Origin: Cyanobacteria bacterium auto_48_18
GTDB taxonomy: Bacteria > Cyanobacteriota > Vampirovibrionia > Obscuribacterales > Obscuribacteraceae
Length of the DNA stretch: 64,000 bases
NCBI GenBank assembly: GCA_036170915.1
Contig: JAVHQC010000010.1
Span: 96,001-160,000 of the forward strand
Reading direction: 5' to 3'
Shown here: positions 9,964 through 19,017 of the stretch, in pieces
Layout of the letters: each line of letters opens with the position of its first letter
Position numbering within the stretch: position 1 is the stretch's first letter
Notes under the pieces: model-generated
The model's database searches: none
The model's input: only the letters and a program-made list of their open reading frames with translations
What the model was told of the DNA's origin: nothing
Program-made: the position numbers and the translations under genes

Positions 9964-11592
9964 ATGACCATAAGCCCGCGTAATCAGTGGCCCAAAATAC
10001 TCAACCTGGCGTTGAGCGCAATAGTTTTGAATTTGAATTTCAGTTTGAATTTGAATTCAGCATTGTTGATGATGCCGGCACAGAGCCAACCAAATCACGA
10101 CAATGCCATAAGCGTTCAAGAAACAGCGCAAACCTTTCAGCGCCTGGCGCCTACCTTGCGTTATTTCGATATCAATCAAGTGCTATATGATCGCTTTCAG
10201 CCTTACGGCAAACCCAGTTACAACGGACTTCCGACAGAAGAAAAATCAGTATTTGCAGAGATCAATTCACCTCATCACAGCACCGCAAACTTGCTGCCCC
10301 TTCTAAAAGACAAAGATGCAAAAGTGCGCACACTGGCTCTGGCAGCTCTTTACGCGAAAGAAGACGCCAAGCTGCTGCCACAGTTTGCGTCTATGGTTGA
10401 CGATCATGAAAAAACATATTCAGAGCCTCTCCGAATAGCTCTGAGATCGCCGGCTAACGCTTTGCCACCGATGCAAGAAAAAACGGTGGGACAAATAGCA
10501 GAAGCCATAGTACGTTTTTATATGGAAGCAGCCGGTTATCATTACGGCGTTAAAGGTTCTGGCCAGGAACCCGGATTTAGTCAGTACTGGCACCAACGCA
10601 AAGACAGAAACTATTGCGCCAGTTGGTTTGCCATTAAACTAAGACGAGCAAGCACAGGCACAAGCCCCACCGATAAAACTCGCGCGGACAAAATTGCCTC
10701 AGTGCGAGCGCAAATCGACAAAATCTCTGGTGCGGACCGCGACTGGATTTTACTCTGGTTACAAACTGAAAATGGATTTGATCTTCTAGCCAGTGAAGCC
10801 GACATCAATCGCGCTCTCAAAAGACTAGGCGCTGATAATTTGGCGAAAATGCTGCAGCGAAAAATACCAACTACTGATCCTGATTTGAAAATGCGAAAAA
10901 GCAACGACTTCTCTTACAAAAGCTTGATGCTCTGTGTTTTAAAGCGCGCTGCTTCTCACTTGCGTCGCGATCAAGTAGACATGTTGCTTGCCTGCGATAG
11001 ATGGGAGCGCGCCTATCAAGAGCACCAGATCAGCGACCCATTGATCGGACCAAACTTTGCCATAGCCGCAGCCCAGTTAGACCCCTCTAGAGCAAATGAG
11101 CTTTTAAAGAATGAATTCGCGCGCCTTGACAAAGACTTTTATGGCTATCAAAAGGCCGAACTGGCAGCAGCCTTGTGGCAATCGGCAGGGCTGAAAGAAA
11201 CAGCATTTTTACTTAACTGCTTTTACGATTCTTCTTCTTTTTACAAGACAGGTCAATATTCTCACTTTCGTCCAGAATGGCTTAAAGCTATTGGGCGTAG
11301 CGAACACGATAGAAAACATTTGCTAAAGACGTTAATCTACGACCCCCGTTTTACCAAGTTCGCTGATTGTTCCGGCCTACAGGCTCTGATTGAAGTGACT
11401 TCAAAACTCAATGGAAAACCCACAGCTGATGCCGCTCATACAGACCACGCCTGGCATCCGCTCGGCATCGACAATTGCTGCATTAATTTGCAAGCGGCAA
11501 GTAAGCAATATCCCAAAGAGACTCAAGACCTTCTTGACGTAATGACAAAGTGGCGCCGCGAACTGCAGGTAAGTGTGGCATCATGGCCTTAA
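9964..11592 (+). CDS. Exported hypothetical protein with HEAT-like repeat
   Basis: 542-aa ORF; LLPLLKDKDAKVRTLALAAL; TATAAT upstream near 9928. Confidence 0.65.
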   Translation: MTISPRNQWPKILNLALSAIVLNLNFSLNLNSALLMMPAQSQPNHDNAISVQETAQTFQRLAPTLRYFDINQVLYDRFQPYGKPSYNGLPTEEKSVFAEINSPHHSTANLLPLLKDKDAKVRTLALAALYAKEDAKLLPQFASMVDDHEKTYSEPLRIALRSPANALPPMQEKTVGQIAEAIVRFYMEAAGYHYGVKGSGQEPGFSQYWHQRKDRNYCASWFAIKLRRASTGTSPTDKTRADKIASVRAQIDKISGADRDWILLWLQTENGFDLLASEADINRALKRLGADNLAKMLQRKIPTTDPDLKMRKSNDFSYKSLMLCVLKRAASHLRRDQVDMLLACDRWERAYQEHQISDPLIGPNFAIAAAQLDPSRANELLKNEFARLDKDFYGYQKAELAAALWQSAGLKETAFLLNCFYDSSSFYKTGQYSHFRPEWLKAIGRSEHDRKHLLKTLIYDPRFTKFADCSGLQALIEVTSKLNGKPTADAAHTDHAWHPLGIDNCCINLQAASKQYPKETQDLLDVMTKWRRELQVSVASWP

Positions 11593-12374
11593 CCACGGTC
11601 GCCTGAGGCGCGCCGAGTTAACGCGCAGACTGGGCAACCAGAGCCCTTCCCCGTGCGATTTGCAACGGTAGCCTGCCACTGATGATTTTCTTGCGGGCAC
11701 TGCCACCACACTTTCTTGCTAGATCCGGCAGTCAGTGTGTCACCATCTATAGTGCCGTTTAGAGTAGGATGCAATTGTGCCGCAATAGCCGGAAATTTTG
11801 TTGATAGGCAAGTTTCTCTGCTTGCTTTTTGGTTTGTACAGTAAGGGCAGCCACTACCCTCGGTGCGTCGCGAAATTTCTGCCTGCCAGCAATGCTCACT
11901 ATTATTTCGACAGAGCCACCAGATTTTTGTTCTAGACTTGCAAGTAAACTGACCAGCTGTAAGTTGCTCATTTAAGGTAGGGTGCCACTCAGCGGCAACC
12001 TGAGGACACAAAGCCAGAGAATTAGTAACCGAAACCTTTTTATTAGCGCAAAAAGGGCAGCCCTTACCGCCGGCACGAGAGAATATTGCGGCTTGCCAAA
12101 CATGATCTGGTCCTGCTGCACATTGCCACCAGGCAATCACATCTGAGCCGCTAGAAAAGTCCTGTGCAGTCCACTCGCCATTATTCTCAGGATGCCATTG
12201 CCCTGCCAGTTCCGGATAGTTTTCGGTGAGCGGTACAAAGTCGCGGCCGCCAGCGTAACACGAACGGTCATTCTTTACGCTGTCTGCATTGAGTTCGGTT
12301 TGCGTTCTCGGTTTACGGGCTGATGTGGCACTATCTCTCATAGATTGAATTATATTAGGGCAATTACACTTCAC
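11589..12374 (-). CDS. Triple zinc-ribbon (DUF4379-like treble-clef) protein
   Basis: Three repeats of PxxAxxWHPxxN...SxxxxWWxC...HxWQAxxxxR...GCPxC. Confidence 0.85.
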   Translation of the reverse strand: MKCNCPNIIQSMRDSATSARKPRTQTELNADSVKNDRSCYAGGRDFVPLTENYPELAGQWHPENNGEWTAQDFSSGSDVIAWWQCAAGPDHVWQAAIFSRAGGKGCPFCANKKVSVTNSLALCPQVAAEWHPTLNEQLTAGQFTCKSRTKIWWLCRNNSEHCWQAEISRRTEGSGCPYCTNQKASRETCLSTKFPAIAAQLHPTLNGTIDGDTLTAGSSKKVWWQCPQENHQWQATVANRTGKGSGCPVCALTRRASGDRG

Positions 12375-12481
12375 GCAAGTTTCACATACGACTCACGATC
12401 AATTCACGGTTGTTGACTATAGTTACGTCAGTAATCGATAGAACCCGTCCAACTCCATGTGCAAACATGAGAGGAACGATA

Positions 12482-14137
12482 GTGTTGAAAAATAGCCAAT
12501 CGAGAAGATGCAAAAGCAACAATAGCAGGTCCGAGCGCGGCGCAGGAGTGCTCTTACTTATGCTTTTGCTCGCTACCCTTTTACTAGTATTTTTCTCCAC
12601 ATCAGCGGCGATACTGATAAGTTACTTCACCGCCCACCGTCATGCCACTTCTGCAATTGAAGGAGCATCGCTAGCGGCTGCCCGTGAGTTATCAGCCATG
12701 GTGGTGGCAGATCCTGACTGCGGATATATTGCGCTGGGCGATTTAGCCCCTTCATCTTCAAGCTCTTACGCACTGATAGCTGAGGACGGCAAACCGGTTC
12801 CGGTAATTGGCATAAATACTCTGACGGCAACAGCAAGAGTCAGTATGCTTGTGGCTAAACACCTAAACAATGAAGAGTACATGCGTCTGGCCAGGCTTGA
12901 CTCAGCGAAAGCAAGAGCTGCCAGCCGCAGGCTTGTTGACGGCATTAAACTATGCTTGCGCGAAGACCCTCGGGCTCCTTTGGGAAAAGATGGAAAAGCA
13001 GTGCGACCGCTCACCGTCGCCCGTAAAGCTCTTATTCAAAGCTTGACTGATTCTGGCACTTTATCAAGGGTAAAGCTGAAAGGACTCAGCCTCGATCTTG
13101 GTTACCTGTCAAATGGTGGCACCACCAATACTCCGTTGCCAATCTCAGAAAAATTGGCGGAGGTGGCAAATGCCGACAGCCAAAACGGCTGCTATACAGC
13201 GTTTAAAGATTTCCCTGTCAATGGCGAGTCTTATATTTTTGCCGCAGTTGGTAAACAACCCTGCCTGGTTTCTAAAGATCAATTTGTTCTCGACAAAGAA
13301 GCAAAAGAAACCATGCCATCAAGTATAGTGCGCGCCCAAGTAGCGCTAGAAATGGTGAGCGATAAAGATAGCGATAAAGATAGCAATAAAGGCAGTGACA
13401 ATACTTTCGGCAAAATCTTCTGTGTTGCTTGCGCCGCGCCCTTCTCGTTAACCGACAAAGCGGCATCAGGGGTAATGATAATTGGCCTGCCTGATGGTTG
13501 CCCCAGTGGTTATCTTTCCATAGCAGATTACATCAATGATCCGCGGTCCAGCCGCACCAACTTAGAAATGCTCAGAGCACAAGGTGGAGATTACCCGCTT
13601 GATGCCAGGGCAATGCTAAAAAGCGCTTCACAAGAAGGTCGCGTCAGCACTCTTTCAAATGTCTTCATTCAGGGTTTATACGATTGGGTAAGAACAGCCC
13701 ACGGTCGAGTAAAACTTGATTCATTGCTGGCAACCATCGGCAATCGCATTCAGCCATCTGAAGGACCGCTGGGCGTGGGCCAATCAGTTGTATACCGCTT
13801 TAAAAAAGATGGTGCGGTGACAGTAGACGGATATTTCCTATCGGACGTGCCAAATCAGATTGTTCATGATAGTCAGGTTTGCACACTAGGGCTAAACACT
13901 TTGCGGGCCAGCAACACCCTTTGGACAGTGGCTTTTCGCGATCAAGTGCACAATCTGGGGTTTGCTGAAAGCGGTAAACACAGTGGGCAATTAATGGAAA
14001 TCGATAATTGCTTGAGGCCAATCGGCAGTTTATACAGCAAGCCTTTGCTCAGTGCCCACAAAGATGCGGAACGCAAAACATATTTTGACGGCGGGCTAGC
14101 TGTTGAATTTGTAATCTCATCTCCCCAATATCAATAA
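12482..14137 (+). CDS. Hypothetical protein with TadG/pseudopilin-like N-terminus
   Basis: Basic leader ending ERG, hydrophobic helix, then AIEGASLAAAREL; GAGAGGA RBS favours GTG 12482. Confidence 0.6.
   Translation: MLKNSQSRRCKSNNSRSERGAGVLLLMLLLATLLLVFFSTSAAILISYFTAHRHATSAIEGASLAAARELSAMVVADPDCGYIALGDLAPSSSSSYALIAEDGKPVPVIGINTLTATARVSMLVAKHLNNEEYMRLARLDSAKARAASRRLVDGIKLCLREDPRAPLGKDGKAVRPLTVARKALIQSLTDSGTLSRVKLKGLSLDLGYLSNGGTTNTPLPISEKLAEVANADSQNGCYTAFKDFPVNGESYIFAAVGKQPCLVSKDQFVLDKEAKETMPSSIVRAQVALEMVSDKDSDKDSNKGSDNTFGKIFCVACAAPFSLTDKAASGVMIIGLPDGCPSGYLSIADYINDPRSSRTNLEMLRAQGGDYPLDARAMLKSASQEGRVSTLSNVFIQGLYDWVRTAHGRVKLDSLLATIGNRIQPSEGPLGVGQSVVYRFKKDGAVTVDGYFLSDVPNQIVHDSQVCTLGLNTLRASNTLWTVAFRDQVHNLGFAESGKHSGQLMEIDNCLRPIGSLYSKPLLSAHKDAERKTYFDGGLAVEFVISSPQYQ
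13358..13393 (+). repeat. 12-bp tandem coding repeat (SDKD SDKD SNKG)
   Basis: AGCGATAAAGAT x2 plus AGCAATAAAGGC. Confidence 0.85.
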
Positions 14138-14200
14138 GCAAGCACCTTTTGATACAAAGTCAGTTCACGTTAGTTAGAGCGGCACGCGCTAGAGGTTAAA

Positions 14201-15529
14201 ATGAAAAGATCCCCCGATCAAAAAAACGCTACATTTCGGTCAGTTTGCAGCAAAATATTGGTTGCACTCGCTTTGCTGGCAAGCACTATGCCGCTATCAT
14301 CAGCGGCTCTTGCCAGCGGCGATTTTGGACCGCATCGATATTATGTTTCGAAGAACGGAGACAACACCACCGGGCGCACATGGGCCACAGCGTGGAATGA
14401 AATGGACCAGATTCGTTGGACCGCTATCAACACCATGCAGGGAGATTCACTCACCATCGATGGTGGCGTCGGCCGTATGATTTATCGCAAGCCTCTCTCA
14501 GTGCAAGCCAGTCCGGGTAGCTACTATCCGCTGCGAGTGGCGGTCTCAACCGAAGCGAAACACAATGGCCAGGCGGTGATTGCACCCGGCAGTGACGCTA
14601 TCGGCATCAATGTCAGTACTGGTGCTATACAGTTAAACGGCTCCAAACGATCCGGCATTTTTGTCTACGGTGCCAAACGCGGAATCTCTGTAACGGCTTC
14701 AGTACCGTATCCATCCAACATCAAAAATATTGAAGTATCACATTGCACCGAAGCCGGAGTGTTTGTGGGTCCATCCTATTATCCGCTGCCTTTGAGCCAG
14801 CTGATTGTGCACGACAATGCCACAAACGTGGTTTCAACACACAATGGCACCCCTGGTGGTGCATCACTGAGTAAATGCTGGATCTATAATTCAACGCCTA
14901 AAATCAACTCAGATGGTGTGCGCTTAGATGGCACCACTGGCGCTCCCAGTAACGCCATAGCCATTAGCAACTGCGTGCTCGGCCCCGGTTTGCGCGACGG
15001 CCTCAATAATACAACCGCGGCAGCCACGCCAACATTGACCAACTGCCTGCTAATTAACGCGTCGCGAAACAATGTTTCATCAAACTCGATCAATTTACAG
15101 AATGTCACTTCCTTTATGACCAGACTAAATGCCTCGCAAATGTCGCATAACTGCATCAAGCTCCAGGGCCCCGCAAGCGGCTACCCTTATCAGCGCGGCA
15201 GCAACATAAAACAAACAATTGCATTTGGCGGCCAGGTAAATATACCGCTGACAATTCCTTCACCTTATCCGACTTATCCACCAGCTCCTCCTGTTGCCTT
15301 TCCAATTACAGTGGAGAAAAACACCCAGTTTCGCACCACAGGCAATACCTCTGTCTTGGCGCCAACTATGGTCAACCCGCAATTTGTCGCTCCAGTAGGT
15401 CTTTTGCCGAATCAGACACCAATTCCGATTCTAATGGGTTTAGATTTCTCTTTGAGGCCAGATTCGCCGGCTGCTGGAACCGGCTCAGCCGTAACCTCAG
15501 TAAAGCAACTGCTGAGCTCATTTGAATAA
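14201..15529 (+). CDS. Secreted right-handed beta-helix (pectin lyase-like fold) protein
   Basis: Signal peptide; YYVSKNGDNTTGRTWATAW cap; IxNxxI/GV repeats; NPQFV...DFSLRPDSPA C-terminal motif. Confidence 0.8.
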   Translation: MKRSPDQKNATFRSVCSKILVALALLASTMPLSSAALASGDFGPHRYYVSKNGDNTTGRTWATAWNEMDQIRWTAINTMQGDSLTIDGGVGRMIYRKPLSVQASPGSYYPLRVAVSTEAKHNGQAVIAPGSDAIGINVSTGAIQLNGSKRSGIFVYGAKRGISVTASVPYPSNIKNIEVSHCTEAGVFVGPSYYPLPLSQLIVHDNATNVVSTHNGTPGGASLSKCWIYNSTPKINSDGVRLDGTTGAPSNAIAISNCVLGPGLRDGLNNTTAAATPTLTNCLLINASRNNVSSNSINLQNVTSFMTRLNASQMSHNCIKLQGPASGYPYQRGSNIKQTIAFGGQVNIPLTIPSPYPTYPPAPPVAFPITVEKNTQFRTTGNTSVLAPTMVNPQFVAPVGLLPNQTPIPILMGLDFSLRPDSPAAGTGSAVTSVKQLLSSFE

Positions 15530-15572
15530 CTAGACTGATTCGAATAGTTAGCACAGTTGTGAGCCGGCATCG

Positions 15573-15600
15573 GGAACTTTTTCTGTCCACAGCGGTCATA
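15573..15600 (+). promoter_or_regulatory. Candidate RpoE-type ECF promoter
   Basis: GGAACTT-N16-TCATA, 41 bp upstream of ATG 15642. Confidence 0.5.
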
Positions 15601-15641
15601 GCTACCGCAGTGAATAGCGACTCAGCATTGGAGAAAACCCG

Positions 15642-15920
15642 ATGTCAGACAACACATTGAAAAATATATTCCGCAAAAAATTAGAGCAAGAAGAAGCGCT
15701 TCCTGATTTCAGGGTTATTGCAGAGAACCGCCGCATTAATACTATTAGATCAGCGTCGCCTGCCGCATTTAGCAACTTCTATTTTATGCTTGATCCATTA
15801 ATGGAATCCTTGCCTGAAGAAGTTGAGGAACAGCCCTATGAAGTTCTTCAAAATCTTTTCTGGACCAAAGCAAAGAATAACGCCGCTAGTCGGGGGAACT
15901 TCCGCCGAGATGCGGCCTAA
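15642..15920 (+). CDS. Small hypothetical protein
   Basis: GGAGA RBS, ATG start, fills the intergenic gap. Confidence 0.6.
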   Translation: MSDNTLKNIFRKKLEQEEALPDFRVIAENRRINTIRSASPAAFSNFYFMLDPLMESLPEEVEEQPYEVLQNLFWTKAKNNAASRGNFRRDAA

Positions 15921-16315
15921 TCTAACTCTGCCAGAAAACGAGAGATAAACTCAGCTTGATCTGGGTGCATAATGCTGACGGCTTTGTCCACCAAGACAAA
16001 TTCTGCTTTGTCGATTTCCCACGACGCACAATGCGGAGCGGCATTTTTCGGCGCCTTGCCATAGAAGCAATGCACGCGCTTTTTGCTTTTTTTGTAGTCG
16101 ACAAAACCGAGGTCAGTCAACTCACCAGGCACCACCCCAGTTTCTTCTTCTGTTTCGCGCCGAGCGGCTGCTTCAAGGCTTTCATCTTGGTCTGGAATAC
16201 CTTTTGGTATTCCCCATTTGGCTTTCTTATTGTAATTTCCAGATGGATGCACAAGCAGCACTTCAAGCACGCCGCCAGATTTTCGATACAACAATGTTCC
16301 AGCACTTTGTTTCAT
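15917..16315 (-). CDS. NUDIX hydrolase
   Basis: Nudix box GIPDQDESLEAAARRETEEETG. Confidence 0.92.
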   Translation of the reverse strand: MKQSAGTLLYRKSGGVLEVLLVHPSGNYNKKAKWGIPKGIPDQDESLEAAARRETEEETGVVPGELTDLGFVDYKKSKKRVHCFYGKAPKNAAPHCASWEIDKAEFVLVDKAVSIMHPDQAEFISRFLAELD

Positions 16316-16344
16316 AGATTACAGTCTAGCAGTCAGCCTAGCAG

Positions 16345-17745
16345 TCAGCGCGACGAAGAAGAAAGAATTCTGGCATCAAGCTCATCTAAGGTTTGCAAAC
16401 GTGCAGCCAGCAATTGCTCAGGTAACATGCCCTTGGCTTTCATTTTGCGACGATAACGAATCTGGTCAAAGAGCCAATAGTTGGTTAGCGCCAGCGACGC
16501 GGCAGTTCCTGTTGCGGCGGCAATGCTACCGGCCAAGTACATATTGTTTTGCGCTTTTGGCCGTCTGGCATACTCACGCAAGGCCACCGAGCTTATTATG
16601 TCTTGTGTAAGATACGTGCCCGAAATTGCTGGGCCCGACAACTCACCTTGCAACGCTACTTTGTTCTGGTGGCGCTGATCGATAAGACCCTGCTGAATAA
16701 ATTCGTCATAGCGTGCTGACCACAATAAATATACAGAGATACGATTTTGTACCGAGCCTGTTGCCTCCAATTCAGCAACGTCCTTAGAAGCAAGTTCGTG
16801 GTTCAATTTATCCATCGCCACTTTCGTTTCATCTTCAGAATTTTTCAAATCTTCTTGCAGGCGCTTACCTAAACGCTTTCGCCAAAATTTGTACATGACG
16901 TTATATGACTTGGTACTGACTGGCGCACTGGCGATACCAAGACAGTCGCCTACCATTCCCGAGTTTGTAGAGGGGATGGAATGAGAATCATCGGTGACAG
17001 ACTTAATAGCCAAAATTTGCGAGGCCAGATAAACACTGTCAGCAGCAATATCGAGGGCATAATAAACATTAGCGCTGGCCTGCGAAGACTTGACGTCAGC
17101 ATAAACATCAGCAAACTCTGACAAACACCAGTCGCGAAAGCTCTTCAACACTCGCCCTTCCGCTTGATAGAGTTGAGTGGCCGCGAGCTCAGGATGTTTC
17201 GCCACGATCAAATCTCTTTGCGCTATCTGGGCGTCAATGGCTTTAATGCGTGCCACCACATTTTTTACGGCAGCACCAGGACTGGTGCCACTTTTGATAT
17301 TCTTTAAGGCTGTGAAACCGTTTGAACAGAGTTCAACCACTGAACTGCCGCCATCCAACAATATTCCAACCAAACCGACTTCCAGCCCCTGGCGGGTACC
17401 TCTAAGAGAAATATTCTCTGGGTCTTTAATGTGACTGCCCGACAAGCCAATTTGAGTAATGTTCGATGACAGCCCACATAAAGCCGATGAAACTTGCAGA
17501 CCAAAATATCTTGCGCGTCGCCATTTTGGCTCTTTCGTACCATGCACGCGGTATTGCAAATAGTAGCGCTCTAAATCGATTTCTTTATGGACAATTTCAT
17601 TGGTGAGGTTGTCTATCAGCACTTCATCATCAATAGGCGCAAGAGCGTATACACCGCTGGTGCCGCAAAAGAAATGCGAGCAGAGCGATATGGCAATTAA
17701 GGTGCGTATTGCGCTCTTCATGACCACTGAAATAACATCATTCAA
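16345..17745 (-). CDS. Exported hypothetical helical/coiled-coil protein
   Basis: 466-aa ORF with signal-like N-terminus; alternating G/A/S-rich hydrophobic helices and charged coils. Confidence 0.7.
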   Translation of the reverse strand: MNDVISVVMKSAIRTLIAISLCSHFFCGTSGVYALAPIDDEVLIDNLTNEIVHKEIDLERYYLQYRVHGTKEPKWRRARYFGLQVSSALCGLSSNITQIGLSGSHIKDPENISLRGTRQGLEVGLVGILLDGGSSVVELCSNGFTALKNIKSGTSPGAAVKNVVARIKAIDAQIAQRDLIVAKHPELAATQLYQAEGRVLKSFRDWCLSEFADVYADVKSSQASANVYYALDIAADSVYLASQILAIKSVTDDSHSIPSTNSGMVGDCLGIASAPVSTKSYNVMYKFWRKRLGKRLQEDLKNSEDETKVAMDKLNHELASKDVAELEATGSVQNRISVYLLWSARYDEFIQQGLIDQRHQNKVALQGELSGPAISGTYLTQDIISSVALREYARRPKAQNNMYLAGSIAAATGTAASLALTNYWLFDQIRYRRKMKAKGMLPEQLLAARLQTLDELDARILSSSSR

Positions 17746-17754
17746 TTGCAGCTA

Positions 17755-18864
17755 TTAACAAAGGGCCTTCACTATAAGTTTTTGAAAGTGAAGGCACAAA
17801 TGTTCGCTATTAGTAAGGAAACGACCAAAGTCTGGCACACCACCAATTAGACCGCGCTGCACTGAACTAGTGAGTACATCATCTTCTTCGCCTACTTCTT
17901 TATTAAAGGCGATCAATTCTTCAGCCCATTTTTTATCAACACCAGGGCCAAAATATTGTTCTGAAAATCCTTTGGTGTGATTCGGACCATTGGGCATCCA
18001 GACATCTATTGATAAATTGGGAAATCCGGGATTAATGTTAATAGTCATATTGGGCCAAAGCAAATGATACTGAGCTTGCCTGACTTCGCCACCAGCGTCG
18101 TAAACTTTCACCTTACTTTTGCCTTCCAGGGCAGACTGACGCACATGGCCAACCTGACTGGAAAACCACTGGTGAGAAGTAAGTTTGTAGCTATCTTGAT
18201 CAACATCGATGGCCGCAGCAAAACCAGGATGTGCAACTGCGCAGTGATAACACTCAAGATAATTTTCGAGCATGGTTTTCCAGTTGGCATCAGATGCCCA
18301 CTCTTCACGGCTCCAGAGTTCTAGAGCGTTAAAATCGAGACCACTGTCAGCAATGATGGCGAGCAGATCGCCATAATAAGAAGCGGCGGACATGCAGTTT
18401 TCGTCAGCGCTGGCAAAAACCCATGGCCCTAGAATATCAACCTTTATGGGCATGAGCGGATAATCAGAAGTGCTGAAATTCGGCTCGCGATCTGCACGGG
18501 GAGCCGCTTTCAAATCTCCCTTCAGATCGTATGTCCAGGCATGATAGCCACACTGCATAACTTTCGCATTGCCGCAGCCTTTCATTACCTCATGCCGTCT
18601 GTGTCGGCATACGTTAATAAAACCTGCCAGCCCGTCTTGATTGCGCATCACCACAACCGGAATATCGCCAACATAACCGGTGATATAATCGCCAATATTT
18701 TTGAGCTGCTGAGCGGGTCCGATGTACTGCCAGGCTTTGCGAAACACTTTTTCAATTTCTTGCGCTGTAATGGCCGCATCTGTATACCAACTTGACGGCA
18801 AAGATTGACCACGGTCGAGACCAGCGATCAAGTCGATTTTCTTTTCGCCCACTTGTTGCATCAT
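17755..18864 (-). CDS. Rieske non-heme iron oxygenase alpha subunit (choline monooxygenase/CntA-like)
   Basis: CRHR...CGYHAW Rieske ligands; NWKTMLENYLECYHCAVAH and EED mononuclear Fe site. Confidence 0.9.
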   Translation of the reverse strand: MMQQVGEKKIDLIAGLDRGQSLPSSWYTDAAITAQEIEKVFRKAWQYIGPAQQLKNIGDYITGYVGDIPVVVMRNQDGLAGFINVCRHRRHEVMKGCGNAKVMQCGYHAWTYDLKGDLKAAPRADREPNFSTSDYPLMPIKVDILGPWVFASADENCMSAASYYGDLLAIIADSGLDFNALELWSREEWASDANWKTMLENYLECYHCAVAHPGFAAAIDVDQDSYKLTSHQWFSSQVGHVRQSALEGKSKVKVYDAGGEVRQAQYHLLWPNMTININPGFPNLSIDVWMPNGPNHTKGFSEQYFGPGVDKKWAEELIAFNKEVGEEDDVLTSSVQRGLIGGVPDFGRFLTNSEHLCLHFQKLIVKALC

Positions 18865-19017
18865 CTCTCCCAGCTCATGTTCTCGGGAGCAGATAATAAC
18901 CCATGTAGCCGCACTTTTAATTAAAACTGAGCGGCGCAGCGTACGAATTTGGCTACAAAAGAAAACGCGCATGTTAGAATCACCGACTCCAGATACTGTT
19001 TGTTAGCGGGTATTGTC

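Noticed and set aside
10028..10061. TTGAAT repeats in the N-terminus of 9964-11592
   Set aside because: Short in-frame slippage (LNLNFSLNLNS) with no sign of function
15956..16456. 166-aa plus-strand ORF over the NUDIX gene
   Set aside because: Antisense to a clear NUDIX gene and has no recognisable features
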